A stretch of DNA of 64,000 nt from a virus (lineage: Duplodnaviria; Caudoviricetes), in the IMG/VR virus record IMGVR_UViG_3300031813_000016, positions 2,338 through 66,337 of that record. One strand, given 5' to 3'. The notes beneath the pieces were generated by a model. The model was given only the letters and a program-made list of their open reading frames with translations, was not told the origin of the DNA and did no database searches. Positions 37,022 through 46,827 of this stretch are shown one piece after another (the first letter of the stretch is position 1; each line of letters begins with the position of its first letter). Both the position numbers and the translations under genes were made by a program.

Positions 37022-39214
37022 TTAATTATTAGGATTAACAATGGTATCAGTAGTTCTAATTGCAGAAATAGATGCACCATTATTTGTAACAGTTCCAGTA
37101 TTTTGGAAAGGAAGAATCCCAACTTGTCTTACCCTTGCAATAATAGGGAACGAAGAAACATAAGTCATATTTGGTGAAGTTATAGTTTGATTAGATAATG
37201 GTGTTGCTAAAGTCATAGATTCACTAGAAACAACTGCAGTAGGGTAAATAGAAAGTTGATAATTCCCAGTTCCACCAGACCCACTTGTTCCATTTGTTCC
37301 AAATGCTAAAATTGTTGTTCCTGTAGTTATTCCAACTCCGGTTAAAATTTGTCCAGCAACAATAGTACCAGTTGTTGCAGTAACATTTAATATACCATTA
37401 TCTGCAGCAGCTACAGTTGCAGTAATTGTAAATGATGAACTACCAGCAACTACCGTGTCAATAAGAGGAACATAGAAATAAGTTCCAGTTGGGTAATTTG
37501 TTGAATTTAAAGCTGGTGAACTACCAATTGGAGCAACTCCAGTAAATGTTGTTGCAGTAGTTCCAGTATACGAATATACATTATCACCAATTCTTAAAGT
37601 TGTATTTGAACCACTAGCTGAAGGTGTATCAGCAGGAACAGATGCAACTGTAATAACTCCACTACCAGCACCAGCTGTCATTTGAAATTCTGACTTATTT
37701 GGATCTGTAGTATCTCCACTCGTTGCTTTAGCAACAAATACTCTATCTCCAGAAGAAACTCCAGTAACAGAAACAGTCATTGTAACAGGAGGATTATGAA
37801 TAAGACCATTATTATCTTTCAACTGCATATTTTTTAAATCTGTAACTGTTCCTGCAAGGATCCAAACACCTTGTGCACCAAAGAATGTACTACCAGCAAA
37901 AGAACCAAATGGTGCAGCAGTAATTGGTGAATAGTTTTGAGCAGCTTGATAAAAACAACCTTCCACGGTTGTGCCAGTTCCAGTAGCGTTGGTGTTTAAT
38001 TTATTAGTAATATATTTTAAATATTGATAAACTTGAAGACATGTATTTCCATTACCATTAATAGTTACATAATATGGTTCTGCACCATCACCATCACCAA
38101 TATCATAATTTGATGGTGATCCTAAGAATGTGATTACAGGAGCATTTGCAAGATAAATTGATGCAGTCATTGCTTGGCTTGTTGCAGTAACAGTTGGGTT
38201 TATCGAGAGTTGATATGTACCCAATCCACCAGTACCTGTTGTACTATTAGTACCAAATGTTTGTATAACTGAGTTACCAGGAATATTAGTTCCTGTAATA
38301 AGTTGACCAGCTACAATTGGATTAGTTCCAACTCCAGTAACTGTTAAAACACCACCAGTAGTGCATGAAGCAATTATCATACTTCCAGTATCATTTATAT
38401 CAGATGAAGTTGCTAACGGAACCGGGTTACGACCACCTGTCGCGGTTGCTTGAACTTGGAAAGCTCCATACGTATCACCAAGATTTCTTAGATAAGCTGT
38501 TACGTTTTTGGAACTAATATCAGTACCAGCATTTGTAACTTTAATTAATTGGTCAATGTGACCATTTACATATCCAGTATAAGTTGCAACTGCACTTGTT
38601 CCTTGTTCCCAATAAACAACACCAGCAGTATCAATAGAACCCAAAGTATAAAAGTTTGCCCAAATATCATTACCACCACCTTTAATAACAATAATAGAAC
38701 CACCATAAAGATATTGAGTATCAGTTGAATCTGAGTTAAATGTCCAACCATTAATTAATTGATATTCTGTAGGAGTATTTGCTTGAATAGGAACAGTATC
38801 ATCCATTTCGGCAGCATTGGAAAATAAAGACATTAACCAAGAATATAATTCATTAACAGTATGTCTTGTTACACCAGTCATTGCTTCTGATGTAGTAATA
38901 GCAGTAATAGAAATATTAGAACTAGTTGTAATATTAATTAATTGATATGTTCCATTCCCACCAGTACCTGTTGTACTGCTAGCTCCAATTGCACCAACAA
39001 TAGTGCCATAAGGGATTCCATTACCATTAATAGTAGTTCCAGCTACTATATTTCCAGTAATAGATGATACTGTTAAAATACCAGCAGAGGTACATGTTCC
39101 AGTAAATGAAACTTGCCCAGCAACGTTAGTATTTTTAGATAATGTTTTAGACCCATAATTCAAAATCCATTCACTTGTTCCAGTTGTAATTCCATCACCT
39201 ATAATAGCTGCCAT
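37022..39214 (-). CDS. Virion structural protein with three G/T-rich repeat modules
   Basis: HTVNELYSWL..DDTVPI..TPTEY.LINGW; repeat GIL(T/N)V.....G.IVAG..(I/L).G..I...T.I.AFG...TTGTGG.G.YQL occurs three times. Confidence 0.6.
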   Translation of the reverse strand: MAAIIGDGITTGTSEWILNYGSKTLSKNTNVAGQVSFTGTCTSAGILTVSSITGNIVAGTTINGNGIPYGTIVGAIGASSTTGTGGNGTYQLINITTSSNISITAITTSEAMTGVTRHTVNELYSWLMSLFSNAAEMDDTVPIQANTPTEYQLINGWTFNSDSTDTQYLYGGSIIVIKGGGNDIWANFYTLGSIDTAGVVYWEQGTSAVATYTGYVNGHIDQLIKVTNAGTDISSKNVTAYLRNLGDTYGAFQVQATATGGRNPVPLATSSDINDTGSMIIASCTTGGVLTVTGVGTNPIVAGQLITGTNIPGNSVIQTFGTNSTTGTGGLGTYQLSINPTVTATSQAMTASIYLANAPVITFLGSPSNYDIGDGDGAEPYYVTINGNGNTCLQVYQYLKYITNKLNTNATGTGTTVEGCFYQAAQNYSPITAAPFGSFAGSTFFGAQGVWILAGTVTDLKNMQLKDNNGLIHNPPVTMTVSVTGVSSGDRVFVAKATSGDTTDPNKSEFQMTAGAGSGVITVASVPADTPSASGSNTTLRIGDNVYSYTGTTATTFTGVAPIGSSPALNSTNYPTGTYFYVPLIDTVVAGSSSFTITATVAAADNGILNVTATTGTIVAGQILTGVGITTGTTILAFGTNGTSGSGGTGNYQLSIYPTAVVSSESMTLATPLSNQTITSPNMTYVSSFPIIARVRQVGILPFQNTGTVTNNGASISAIRTTDTIVNPNN

Positions 39215-39225
39215 TTTTTATTCTC

Positions 39226-42132
39226 CTATATAGTATTTATAGTATCTAAAACTTGTGATACATTTAATGAAAATCCTGTTGAAGTTATTACACCTGTAGT
39301 TGAATATGGTAAATATGAAGGAAGACTGTTTCCTTTTCTAACATTAATTATAATTGGGATTGTTACTCCTGCATATAGATATGAAGCTGATACAGAAACT
39401 TGTGTTTCAGTAGTTCCAGTAGCAACTGTATTTAAAATAGAAACTGTTGGTGTTGCTGCAGCAGCAATATAACAAGAACTACCTACCCATACATTATTTA
39501 AAGTTATCCCCACTAATGAACCATTAACATCATTAACACCACCACCAAACCCACCAGAAGTTTTAGCAAAAGCTAAACCTATATTCCATGTTGTAAATGT
39601 TCCAGACCCACTAGAAGAGCTAATTGTTAATATTAAACTCGTACTTGTAGAACCAGAAGTAACAGTACCAATCATATAATTAGATGTATTAGCTGAATCT
39701 ACAACTTTCAATTGAACACCCACAATAAAACTAGAACCACCAGTTCCACTTATTGCAAAAGTTACATTTCCACTACTAACTATTGTATTACTAGTAGTCG
39801 ATGTAGTAAACCAACCAGTAGGTGTTAAATTTAAATTCTGAGTTGATAAAGCCGATATTGAATAACTGCTAACATTAATATTATATGTAGAACTATATGT
39901 TACACTATCAGATGTAGATAAAGCTGCATCATACGTAATATTAGATAATTGTGCTGCCCAGTACTGAGTATAATCATATAACTGTTGAATTGAAGCATTC
40001 CCTAGTAATGTTATAACTCTAGTAACTCCATTTATTGTAAATAAACTTGAATATCCTGCAGCAGTAGCTAATGATGCTGTAGTATAAGGATTAACTGATA
40101 ACATTATACCTTCATTAGATGTAGTTACTATAGTTTTTTGTTCTTTAAGAAATTGGTATCCGTAATATCTAACTGATAAGATAAAAGGATTAAACGAAGT
40201 AGTACCTTCTGCAAAATTAGTACTATTACCTGTATCAGGATCACCACTCCACATACAAACGAAATAAAAATTATATTCAGTAACAACGAAAGATGCTAAT
40301 ACTCCACCAGTCGTAGTTGTTGAATTTAAAATAATATTTCCAGCATTATCAATTAAATAGTAAGATACTCCAGTTAAACCATTAGAATTAATCCAGGTAC
40401 AAGTCCATTGTCTATTAACTGGCATTGATTGAACCCATGAACCATCACCACCACTACTAACATTAGGTTCGTTAAAATCGAATGCCCAATTATCAATATC
40501 ACAGTCTATAAAATTTCTAGTACTACCAAATAGAGCATATCCACTAGGAGCAGTTCCTCCTGTTAAATTGTTATCATTATCACCTAATAAACAAATCGAA
40601 CCTGTTTGATATAAAGAATTACTAGTTTGAGTATTAGTTGAATTTCTTAAATACAACCCTTTAATTTTTGCTGGTCCTTCGCTTATAATATAATAATTAG
40701 GTCCGTAAATTCTAATATTTTGCATTGTACCTTGACCGAAGTCAGCTATAACTGCTATAGCTCCAGGACTACCAAAAATTGCATTAATTAGAGTACCAGT
40801 TGGCGATGAGAACGCCACCTCACTATAAATATTATATGCTGTAATACTAGCAGAAATAGCTGGAGTAGTTGTTTGACCTGAGATAACTACTGGTACTACT
40901 GATGAAGAGTATAAGTTTATTTTACCTACAGCAGGAGCTTCAATTATTAGAGTACAACCTCCATTTGTATAATAATTAGTATTATTAACTAAATTTCCTA
41001 GTTGAAAAATTGAATTTGTTCCTGCATTTATTGAACTTGTAGTATTTCTTGTTTCTAATATTTTATCAGTATCTGCTAATATTGAATAATTTGTAGAACT
41101 TGTATAATTTAATCTTATACCTATAATACCCAAATAGTAATAATTACCTATTGCAGTAATTAAATTATCTACTAAATTTAAAACTTGTCCTGCTAAAGAA
41201 TTTTGTAAATAGTTATTTACTACATAAGTATTTCCATTAGAGGATAATATTTTAGTTCCTGCTGGTACAGTAATTCCAGTTACTAGTGGATTTCCAGTAG
41301 CTGTTCCTGTAATAGTACCAGTAATAGTATTACTAGTACTACTAGTGCATGTTAAAGTACCTACAGTAGATAAATCTGTTTGAAGTATATCATTTAAATT
41401 ATAAGAAATTGCAAAACTAGAACTAGCTGAAGGGTTGGTTAAAAAATTTATAGTGGATGTTATCACCGTAGCAGTATTTGATGCTATTTTACAAGTTTGA
41501 CTATTACTATTATTGGGATTAATCCATAACATTCTACCTGCATATTGAGGATAACAAATAGCTGCTGAATCATAAACTCCTATTGTCCATGCAGTATATG
41601 TTCCGGACCCTCCAGATGAAGTAATCGTAACTGTTAAAGACGTACCACTATTGGACGTTACTGTTCCGATCATATAATTAGCAGCATTTGCAGTATTTAC
41701 TATTCTAACTACTTTACTAGTAAAAGATGCATTTGATGCACTTAAAGTAAATACTTTACTACCACTACTTGCAATAGCAGATGAAGTTGTAGATGTTGTT
41801 ATCTGTTCAGCATCAGCTCCTGTAGAATAATATATAAATTGGTAGGCTGAAATTATTGTAATTACTACATAAGTCCCAATATAACAAGTATAACCAGTAG
41901 GATTAGTTGCACCAGTAGTAGTTACTGAGTCCCCTACTACCATACCATGTGGATTTAATGTAGTTAACATTACGTTATAACTACCATTTATTCCACCATT
42001 CCTCATCACTACAGGATTAGAAATTGATGCCATCGTGACTGTATTAGAGGTAGAACTAACTACAGTTCCATTTAATTTTGAACCTAATATATCAAAACTA
42101 GGACCAGTTGCATTATATGTTATAGAACCCAT
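39226..42132 (-). CDS. Large virion structural/tail protein
   Basis: 968 aa, T/S/N-rich; duplicated TTSTTS..I.SSG...F......NYMIGTVTS.S...L..I.SS.GSGT(Y/F)T.W.IG module. Confidence 0.6.
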   Translation of the reverse strand: MGSITYNATGPSFDILGSKLNGTVVSSTSNTVTMASISNPVVMRNGGINGSYNVMLTTLNPHGMVVGDSVTTTGATNPTGYTCYIGTYVVITIISAYQFIYYSTGADAEQITTSTTSSAIASSGSKVFTLSASNASFTSKVVRIVNTANAANYMIGTVTSNSGTSLTVTITSSGGSGTYTAWTIGVYDSAAICYPQYAGRMLWINPNNSNSQTCKIASNTATVITSTINFLTNPSASSSFAISYNLNDILQTDLSTVGTLTCTSSTSNTITGTITGTATGNPLVTGITVPAGTKILSSNGNTYVVNNYLQNSLAGQVLNLVDNLITAIGNYYYLGIIGIRLNYTSSTNYSILADTDKILETRNTTSSINAGTNSIFQLGNLVNNTNYYTNGGCTLIIEAPAVGKINLYSSSVVPVVISGQTTTPAISASITAYNIYSEVAFSSPTGTLINAIFGSPGAIAVIADFGQGTMQNIRIYGPNYYIISEGPAKIKGLYLRNSTNTQTSNSLYQTGSICLLGDNDNNLTGGTAPSGYALFGSTRNFIDCDIDNWAFDFNEPNVSSGGDGSWVQSMPVNRQWTCTWINSNGLTGVSYYLIDNAGNIILNSTTTTGGVLASFVVTEYNFYFVCMWSGDPDTGNSTNFAEGTTSFNPFILSVRYYGYQFLKEQKTIVTTSNEGIMLSVNPYTTASLATAAGYSSLFTINGVTRVITLLGNASIQQLYDYTQYWAAQLSNITYDAALSTSDSVTYSSTYNINVSSYSISALSTQNLNLTPTGWFTTSTTSNTIVSSGNVTFAISGTGGSSFIVGVQLKVVDSANTSNYMIGTVTSGSTSTSLILTISSSSGSGTFTTWNIGLAFAKTSGGFGGGVNDVNGSLVGITLNNVWVGSSCYIAAAATPTVSILNTVATGTTETQVSVSASYLYAGVTIPIIINVRKGNSLPSYLPYSTTGVITSTGFSLNVSQVLDTINTI

Positions 42133-42157
42133 AAATTAATTCCTTTATCAGTAAATT

Positions 42158-42877
42158 TCACTTTGTAGGTTTATATGTTTTATAAAATTTTGAAACTTCT
42201 TCAAATATCTTAGATTTATTATCACCAACTTTATTTTGACATTGTTCATAAATCATTTTTTGAACACTTTTACTAGTCGTTCCTTTAATTTCCATCATCT
42301 TATATATATGAGCATCAGTAATAGTTTTCTTTGTTACATTTGTAAAGTCTACATTATTAGATTCAAATACTGGGTCAGTATCTTCTTTTCTATTTAATAT
42401 ATCTTCTCTTAATTCTTCAAAAGTTTTATCTTTTTTAACTATTTCAGGTTTAACATTTTGAATTTTCTTTTCTTGTATTGGTGATTCAAATATTTTAGTT
42501 TTATTAGTTTTAATTTCTCTCTTTTCCTCACCTAATATAGCACTAGCTTTAACTGTTGATTTTTCAACAATTTTAGCTTCTGCTTGTACTGGACTTCTAA
42601 CTTCAAATTCTCCAACCCAAGGACTTAAATAAAATCCCTCACCATTTATAGATAATTTAGAATTTATTTTTTCACCATGATTTATTTCTCTTTTAACTAT
42701 ATTTTTCAATGGTGGAATTTCCACTGAAACTGAATTTTCAGAAATTGTAATAGGAAAGCCATATTCAACTCCATCAAGTTCTAAAATCATACTACCATTA
42801 ATATTCTTATAATCAATTCCAGTTACTTGTAATTCAAAAGTTAAAGATTTTTTTTGACTAATATTTATTTCTAACAT
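42158..42877 (-). CDS. Hypothetical protein (head-region)
   Basis: 239 aa. Confidence 0.7.
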   Translation of the reverse strand: MLEINISQKKSLTFELQVTGIDYKNINGSMILELDGVEYGFPITISENSVSVEIPPLKNIVKREINHGEKINSKLSINGEGFYLSPWVGEFEVRSPVQAEAKIVEKSTVKASAILGEEKREIKTNKTKIFESPIQEKKIQNVKPEIVKKDKTFEELREDILNRKEDTDPVFESNNVDFTNVTKKTITDAHIYKMMEIKGTTSKSVQKMIYEQCQNKVGDNKSKIFEEVSKFYKTYKPTK

Positions 42878-42882
42878 TATAT

Positions 42883-43092
42883 TTATCCTCGCAACCGGAC
42901 ATTAATTTTAATTTTCCCTTCATTTATTTGTTCTACAACTTTTTTATCGTTATCAGTAAATCTTAAAATAATACAAGTTGGTTTTTCTTCTTTATGTATT
43001 AAACCTGCTCCACCACCTCCACCATATGTTATATTTTCAACAGGTGTTGGAGATACAGATTCTTCAAGCATTAACCAATCAGGATATATCAT
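42883..43092 (-). CDS. Hypothetical protein
   Basis: 69 aa. Confidence 0.55.
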   Translation of the reverse strand: MIYPDWLMLEESVSPTPVENITYGGGGGAGLIHKEEKPTCIILRFTDNDKKVVEQINEGKIKINVRLRG

Positions 43093-43099
43093 ATTTCAC

Positions 43100-43699
43100 C
43101 TATGCCGGTATTCTTTGTTTTTGATCACTACTAATATTAAACACTTGTAGTATTGATATTCCATCATCATCATAAATTAAAACATTTCTTCCATCATCTG
43201 AAACAACTGCTTTATTTGTTTGCATTTTTCTTGCAAGTGATGCTTGATTTAAAGCATTTAATGCATTAGTATTAGCATTATTAGCAGCTACTAAAGCCTG
43301 ACTAAGATTTGAATCTTGTGTTGTAGATAAACCAGATCCAGTACTTTGTAATACAACAGTTGATGCTGCGGATTGAAGCAATAGAACTTGAACACCTGGA
43401 GAATACGCTATTGGGTCTCCACCTGGTCCTCCGACGAGATTACCACCACCGACTGTAACGATGTACTGTCCTGGATAAAAATAGATCTGCCAATTGTCCA
43501 ATAATTCGACGGTGATACCGATATAAATGTCGTTCCCGAGAGGCTCCTTCCCAGAGGCTGTTGCGATACTCCCATATGTTATCCCCTGTGTAGTATATTC
43601 AATATCTCTAATATCATTTATTAAATCTTGCATTACTACTGTTGTTATCCCTGCTGGTATACTTATCAATTGATTCACAAAATCATAATCATATAACAT
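43100..43699 (-). CDS. Putative virion protein
   Basis: 199 aa; IYDDDG..IL..F C-terminus. Confidence 0.6.
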   Translation of the reverse strand: MLYDYDFVNQLISIPAGITTVVMQDLINDIRDIEYTTQGITYGSIATASGKEPLGNDIYIGITVELLDNWQIYFYPGQYIVTVGGGNLVGGPGGDPIAYSPGVQVLLLQSAASTVVLQSTGSGLSTTQDSNLSQALVAANNANTNALNALNQASLARKMQTNKAVVSDDGRNVLIYDDDGISILQVFNISSDQKQRIPA

Positions 43700-43711
43700 A
43701 TTTGTTAACCC

Positions 43712-44041
43712 CTAATTCTTTGATGGAGTTGGATTCGGCAAACTCATAAATAAACTATAAAGTTGTATTTCTAACATTGTATGACTACCGCCATTAGGAT
43801 CTAAAACACTACCATCATTTGGATTTAATAATGGATAACTTACAGTTGGATCGTAATTTACAACTACTATAGATTTAGGAATAGTACCAGTAACTATTCC
43901 ATTTGTTGTGGTTACAGTCTGAACTTCAAATACTATTTGTGGATTTGCATTATACGTATTGTCAATTCTGACTTTGTTAGCTCTATCCCATGAAACTATA
44001 GTTGCAGTTTGTGTAACTTGATTTAATACTCCATTTGCCAT
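43712..44041 (-). CDS. Hypothetical protein
   Basis: 109 aa. Confidence 0.65.
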   Translation of the reverse strand: MANGVLNQVTQTATIVSWDRANKVRIDNTYNANPQIVFEVQTVTTTNGIVTGTIPKSIVVVNYDPTVSYPLLNPNDGSVLDPNGGSHTMLEIQLYSLFMSLPNPTPSKN

Positions 44042-44077
44042 TTTATTAGTCTCCTAATTAATATTTGTATTAGGATT

Positions 44078-44740
44078 TTATACCCATCTATCAAAGAATG
44101 TAATAACTTTATTTTCAACTAATTTATCAAAATAATTAGGAAGAAAACATTTTCCACCAACACAAATTTGATTAACACTTTCAGTTATCATTTTAGCTTC
44201 AAATTTCATTTCATTAAAATCTACAACTGCAGCAGCATGACTTGGTAAAGAGACTGCATCATAACCAATTATTAATAATGGACCTTTAACATAATTAGCT
44301 CCATCACGTCTTTCTAATTCAGCCATACCTCTCATAGACATACCAATACCAGATCTATCAGTCAATAAACCTAATAGATTTCTTCCATTAATAGTTGAAC
44401 ATGTTTCCAATTCTCCTATTAATTTGTTCCCTTCAAAATAATAGTCCACAATTATATGTGAGACTTCTTTTAAAGAAACCGTAGTTTGTCTAACTGTATC
44501 AAATTCATGATTACCTTGCGGAAATGGATGATCTAATTCTCCATAGAATGCTCTTCTTTTCATTCTAGCTCTACAATCATCTAACCCATCTTCCATCACA
44601 TTTCTAGGATAGACTCTTTTATTTTGATTTCTTTCATCTACAGTTTGTAGAATCATTTTGAATCTAGCTTTATTTGATGTTTGTCTTAATATTTCAGCTT
44701 CCTGAAATAGAGTAGATTCCATAATAAAATGTGACGACAT
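44078..44740 (-). CDS. Prohead protease (T4 gp21-like)
   Basis: LQTVDERNQNKRVYP, FYGELDHP, VSHII, LIGELET..T..G..L..LL, IGMSMRG. Confidence 0.9.
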   Translation of the reverse strand: MSSHFIMESTLFQEAEILRQTSNKARFKMILQTVDERNQNKRVYPRNVMEDGLDDCRARMKRRAFYGELDHPFPQGNHEFDTVRQTTVSLKEVSHIIVDYYFEGNKLIGELETCSTINGRNLLGLLTDRSGIGMSMRGMAELERRDGANYVKGPLLIIGYDAVSLPSHAAAVVDFNEMKFEAKMITESVNQICVGGKCFLPNYFDKLVENKVITFFDRWV

Positions 44741-44758
44741 AATACCTCCACGACTTAT

Positions 44759-45478
44759 TTATTTTTTATCCTTTTCATCACCAACTTTATCTTTTTCTAA
44801 GTTATAATATTTCTTTAATATAATATATGTCTTTCTTAAGAACTGATAAAACATAACTATAATTTCATCTGTTCTATCTCTAAATGCTGTAATGTTATCT
44901 ATCATAATTTTGAATAAATCAATTACCTTAACTACATATGTTCTTAATAATAATAACTCTTCATTTGAACTTGTAGATAAGAAAGTTTCTATTGAAACTA
45001 ATCTCGAAAATATTTTCTTTAATTCATATATTCTACCAATTTCAACATCTGTTTTTTGAGGCATGCCTGTTAAAGGATCTACTTCTCCTTGATCTGTAGG
45101 CATACCAGTATTTGCATCTATTTGACTTCCTGGATTATCTTTTGCTTCTGCATCTTCATCTGCAATATCTTCTTTTTCGGCATCATCATCTATAGTTTTA
45201 TCAGCAGGATCTTCAACTTTTTTATTTTCAGGATCCTCTTCATCATTTGCTTCATCTAATGGATAATATGTATTATATGTTTTATCCACAACATTTGGAA
45301 CATCTATAGTTGAATTAAATGAATCATCAGTTACTAAATTTTGTTCATCTTGCATCTTAGGAAATATAGATTTTCTTTTTACAATAATTAATTTATCACA
45401 ATTTTGTTTCTCACCATCTTTTGGGAGATCATTAATTACTCCTTTAATCTTATTTAAAAATTCATCTATTTTATCCAT
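44759..45478 (-). CDS. Acidic head-region protein
   Basis: 239 aa with an acidic linker. Confidence 0.65.
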   Translation of the reverse strand: MDKIDEFLNKIKGVINDLPKDGEKQNCDKLIIVKRKSIFPKMQDEQNLVTDDSFNSTIDVPNVVDKTYNTYYPLDEANDEEDPENKKVEDPADKTIDDDAEKEDIADEDAEAKDNPGSQIDANTGMPTDQGEVDPLTGMPQKTDVEIGRIYELKKIFSRLVSIETFLSTSSNEELLLLRTYVVKVIDLFKIMIDNITAFRDRTDEIIVMFYQFLRKTYIILKKYYNLEKDKVGDEKDKK

Positions 45479-45483
45479 TTAGG

Positions 45484-46806
45484 TTATCCTCTATAATTAA
45501 CAATTATCTTTACCATTTCTTTCCATGAAAGTGGATTTCCAATTCTAACATCAACAGAAGTTTTAAATGTTCTAAAATCTAAATTAATATGTTTATCTTT
45601 TGAATATAATTCTAATATATAATTATATACTTCCATTTTAATTTCATCAGAAACTTCTGGATTTATATAATGTAACATCTTTTTAATATTATCAATTATT
45701 TCAGTCATACTATACCTAACTTCATATACAGGAATACGACTTAATAAAGCTGTGTCTATATCTTTTCTTGCTAAGTTAGTAATTATTAAAATTTTACCTC
45801 TAAATTCAAATTTTTGTGGGACCGCAGAAACATTACCACCTGTTTCAACTGTATCTAATTTTCTTTCTGTAGGCATAGATACTATTCTTTTTCCATAGGA
45901 ATCTGTAATTGATTTTAATAAGTTAACTGTATTTTCATTTCTTAAAGGAGTATCAAAGTCATCTAATATTAATATTCTATCTTTATTGTAATATAATAAT
46001 GCAAATACATCTGATAAATCTAAAGCTGCACCTTTTTCAATTGAATAATCTTTTCTTGGTTTCAAACCTTCAAAATGCAAAGTTCTTCTTACAATATAAG
46101 TTTTTGAAGTTCCAGGAGGACCGCATATCATAAATGCAGGACTCTTTTCTCTAGTCGTATATTTAATAAATTCAATTAAACCATAATACATTTTAAATGC
46201 TGGTTCTTCTTTCTTTTGACTATTAAATAGTTTATCATTTATTTCTTGTTCTAATGGCCCAGATACATATCTTTCATACAACCAATTTTTAAATTTAGTA
46301 AAGTAATATCTATATTTCCACATTACATTCAATGCAATAAGAAACCCATATACTCCACCAAATATTTTTACTTCTGGAGGCATTCCTTTTGTATCACCTA
46401 AACCAGGTATCATAAATTCATCTAATGGGGTATTATATTTTTCTTGTAAAAAATTATCTCTCTTTAAATTTAAATGTTCTCTTAAAGGTTTAACTTTAGA
46501 TGTAGCACCTATTTCACCAAAAAATTCTATAAATTTATCTATAGGCATTTTACCATCAAATACAAAACCAGATGCAGGTTCCATTTTTTGATTATAAATA
46601 TCCATACCATAAATTTGAGTAAAACTATTTGTCTTAGATGTAACTCTAACTACTAATGGAATTTTATTAAAATCATTATGAATAAAATATTTAACACCAT
46701 ATAATTTAGCAATATCCTTTGTAGAAAATTCTTCAATACCAGGTATCTTAATTATTTTTGTAATACCTTCAAACTTTAATTTATCTAAATTTAATATTTT
46801 ATTCAT
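45484..46806 (-). CDS. AAA+ ATPase with N-terminal extension
   Basis: ICGPPGTSKT, ILILDDFD, FEFRGKILIITN, ALLSR. Confidence 0.8.
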   Translation of the reverse strand: MNKILNLDKLKFEGITKIIKIPGIEEFSTKDIAKLYGVKYFIHNDFNKIPLVVRVTSKTNSFTQIYGMDIYNQKMEPASGFVFDGKMPIDKFIEFFGEIGATSKVKPLREHLNLKRDNFLQEKYNTPLDEFMIPGLGDTKGMPPEVKIFGGVYGFLIALNVMWKYRYYFTKFKNWLYERYVSGPLEQEINDKLFNSQKKEEPAFKMYYGLIEFIKYTTREKSPAFMICGPPGTSKTYIVRRTLHFEGLKPRKDYSIEKGAALDLSDVFALLYYNKDRILILDDFDTPLRNENTVNLLKSITDSYGKRIVSMPTERKLDTVETGGNVSAVPQKFEFRGKILIITNLARKDIDTALLSRIPVYEVRYSMTEIIDNIKKMLHYINPEVSDEIKMEVYNYILELYSKDKHINLDFRTFKTSVDVRIGNPLSWKEMVKIIVNYRG

Positions 46807-46827
46807 AATGATCTCCCTTAAATACTA

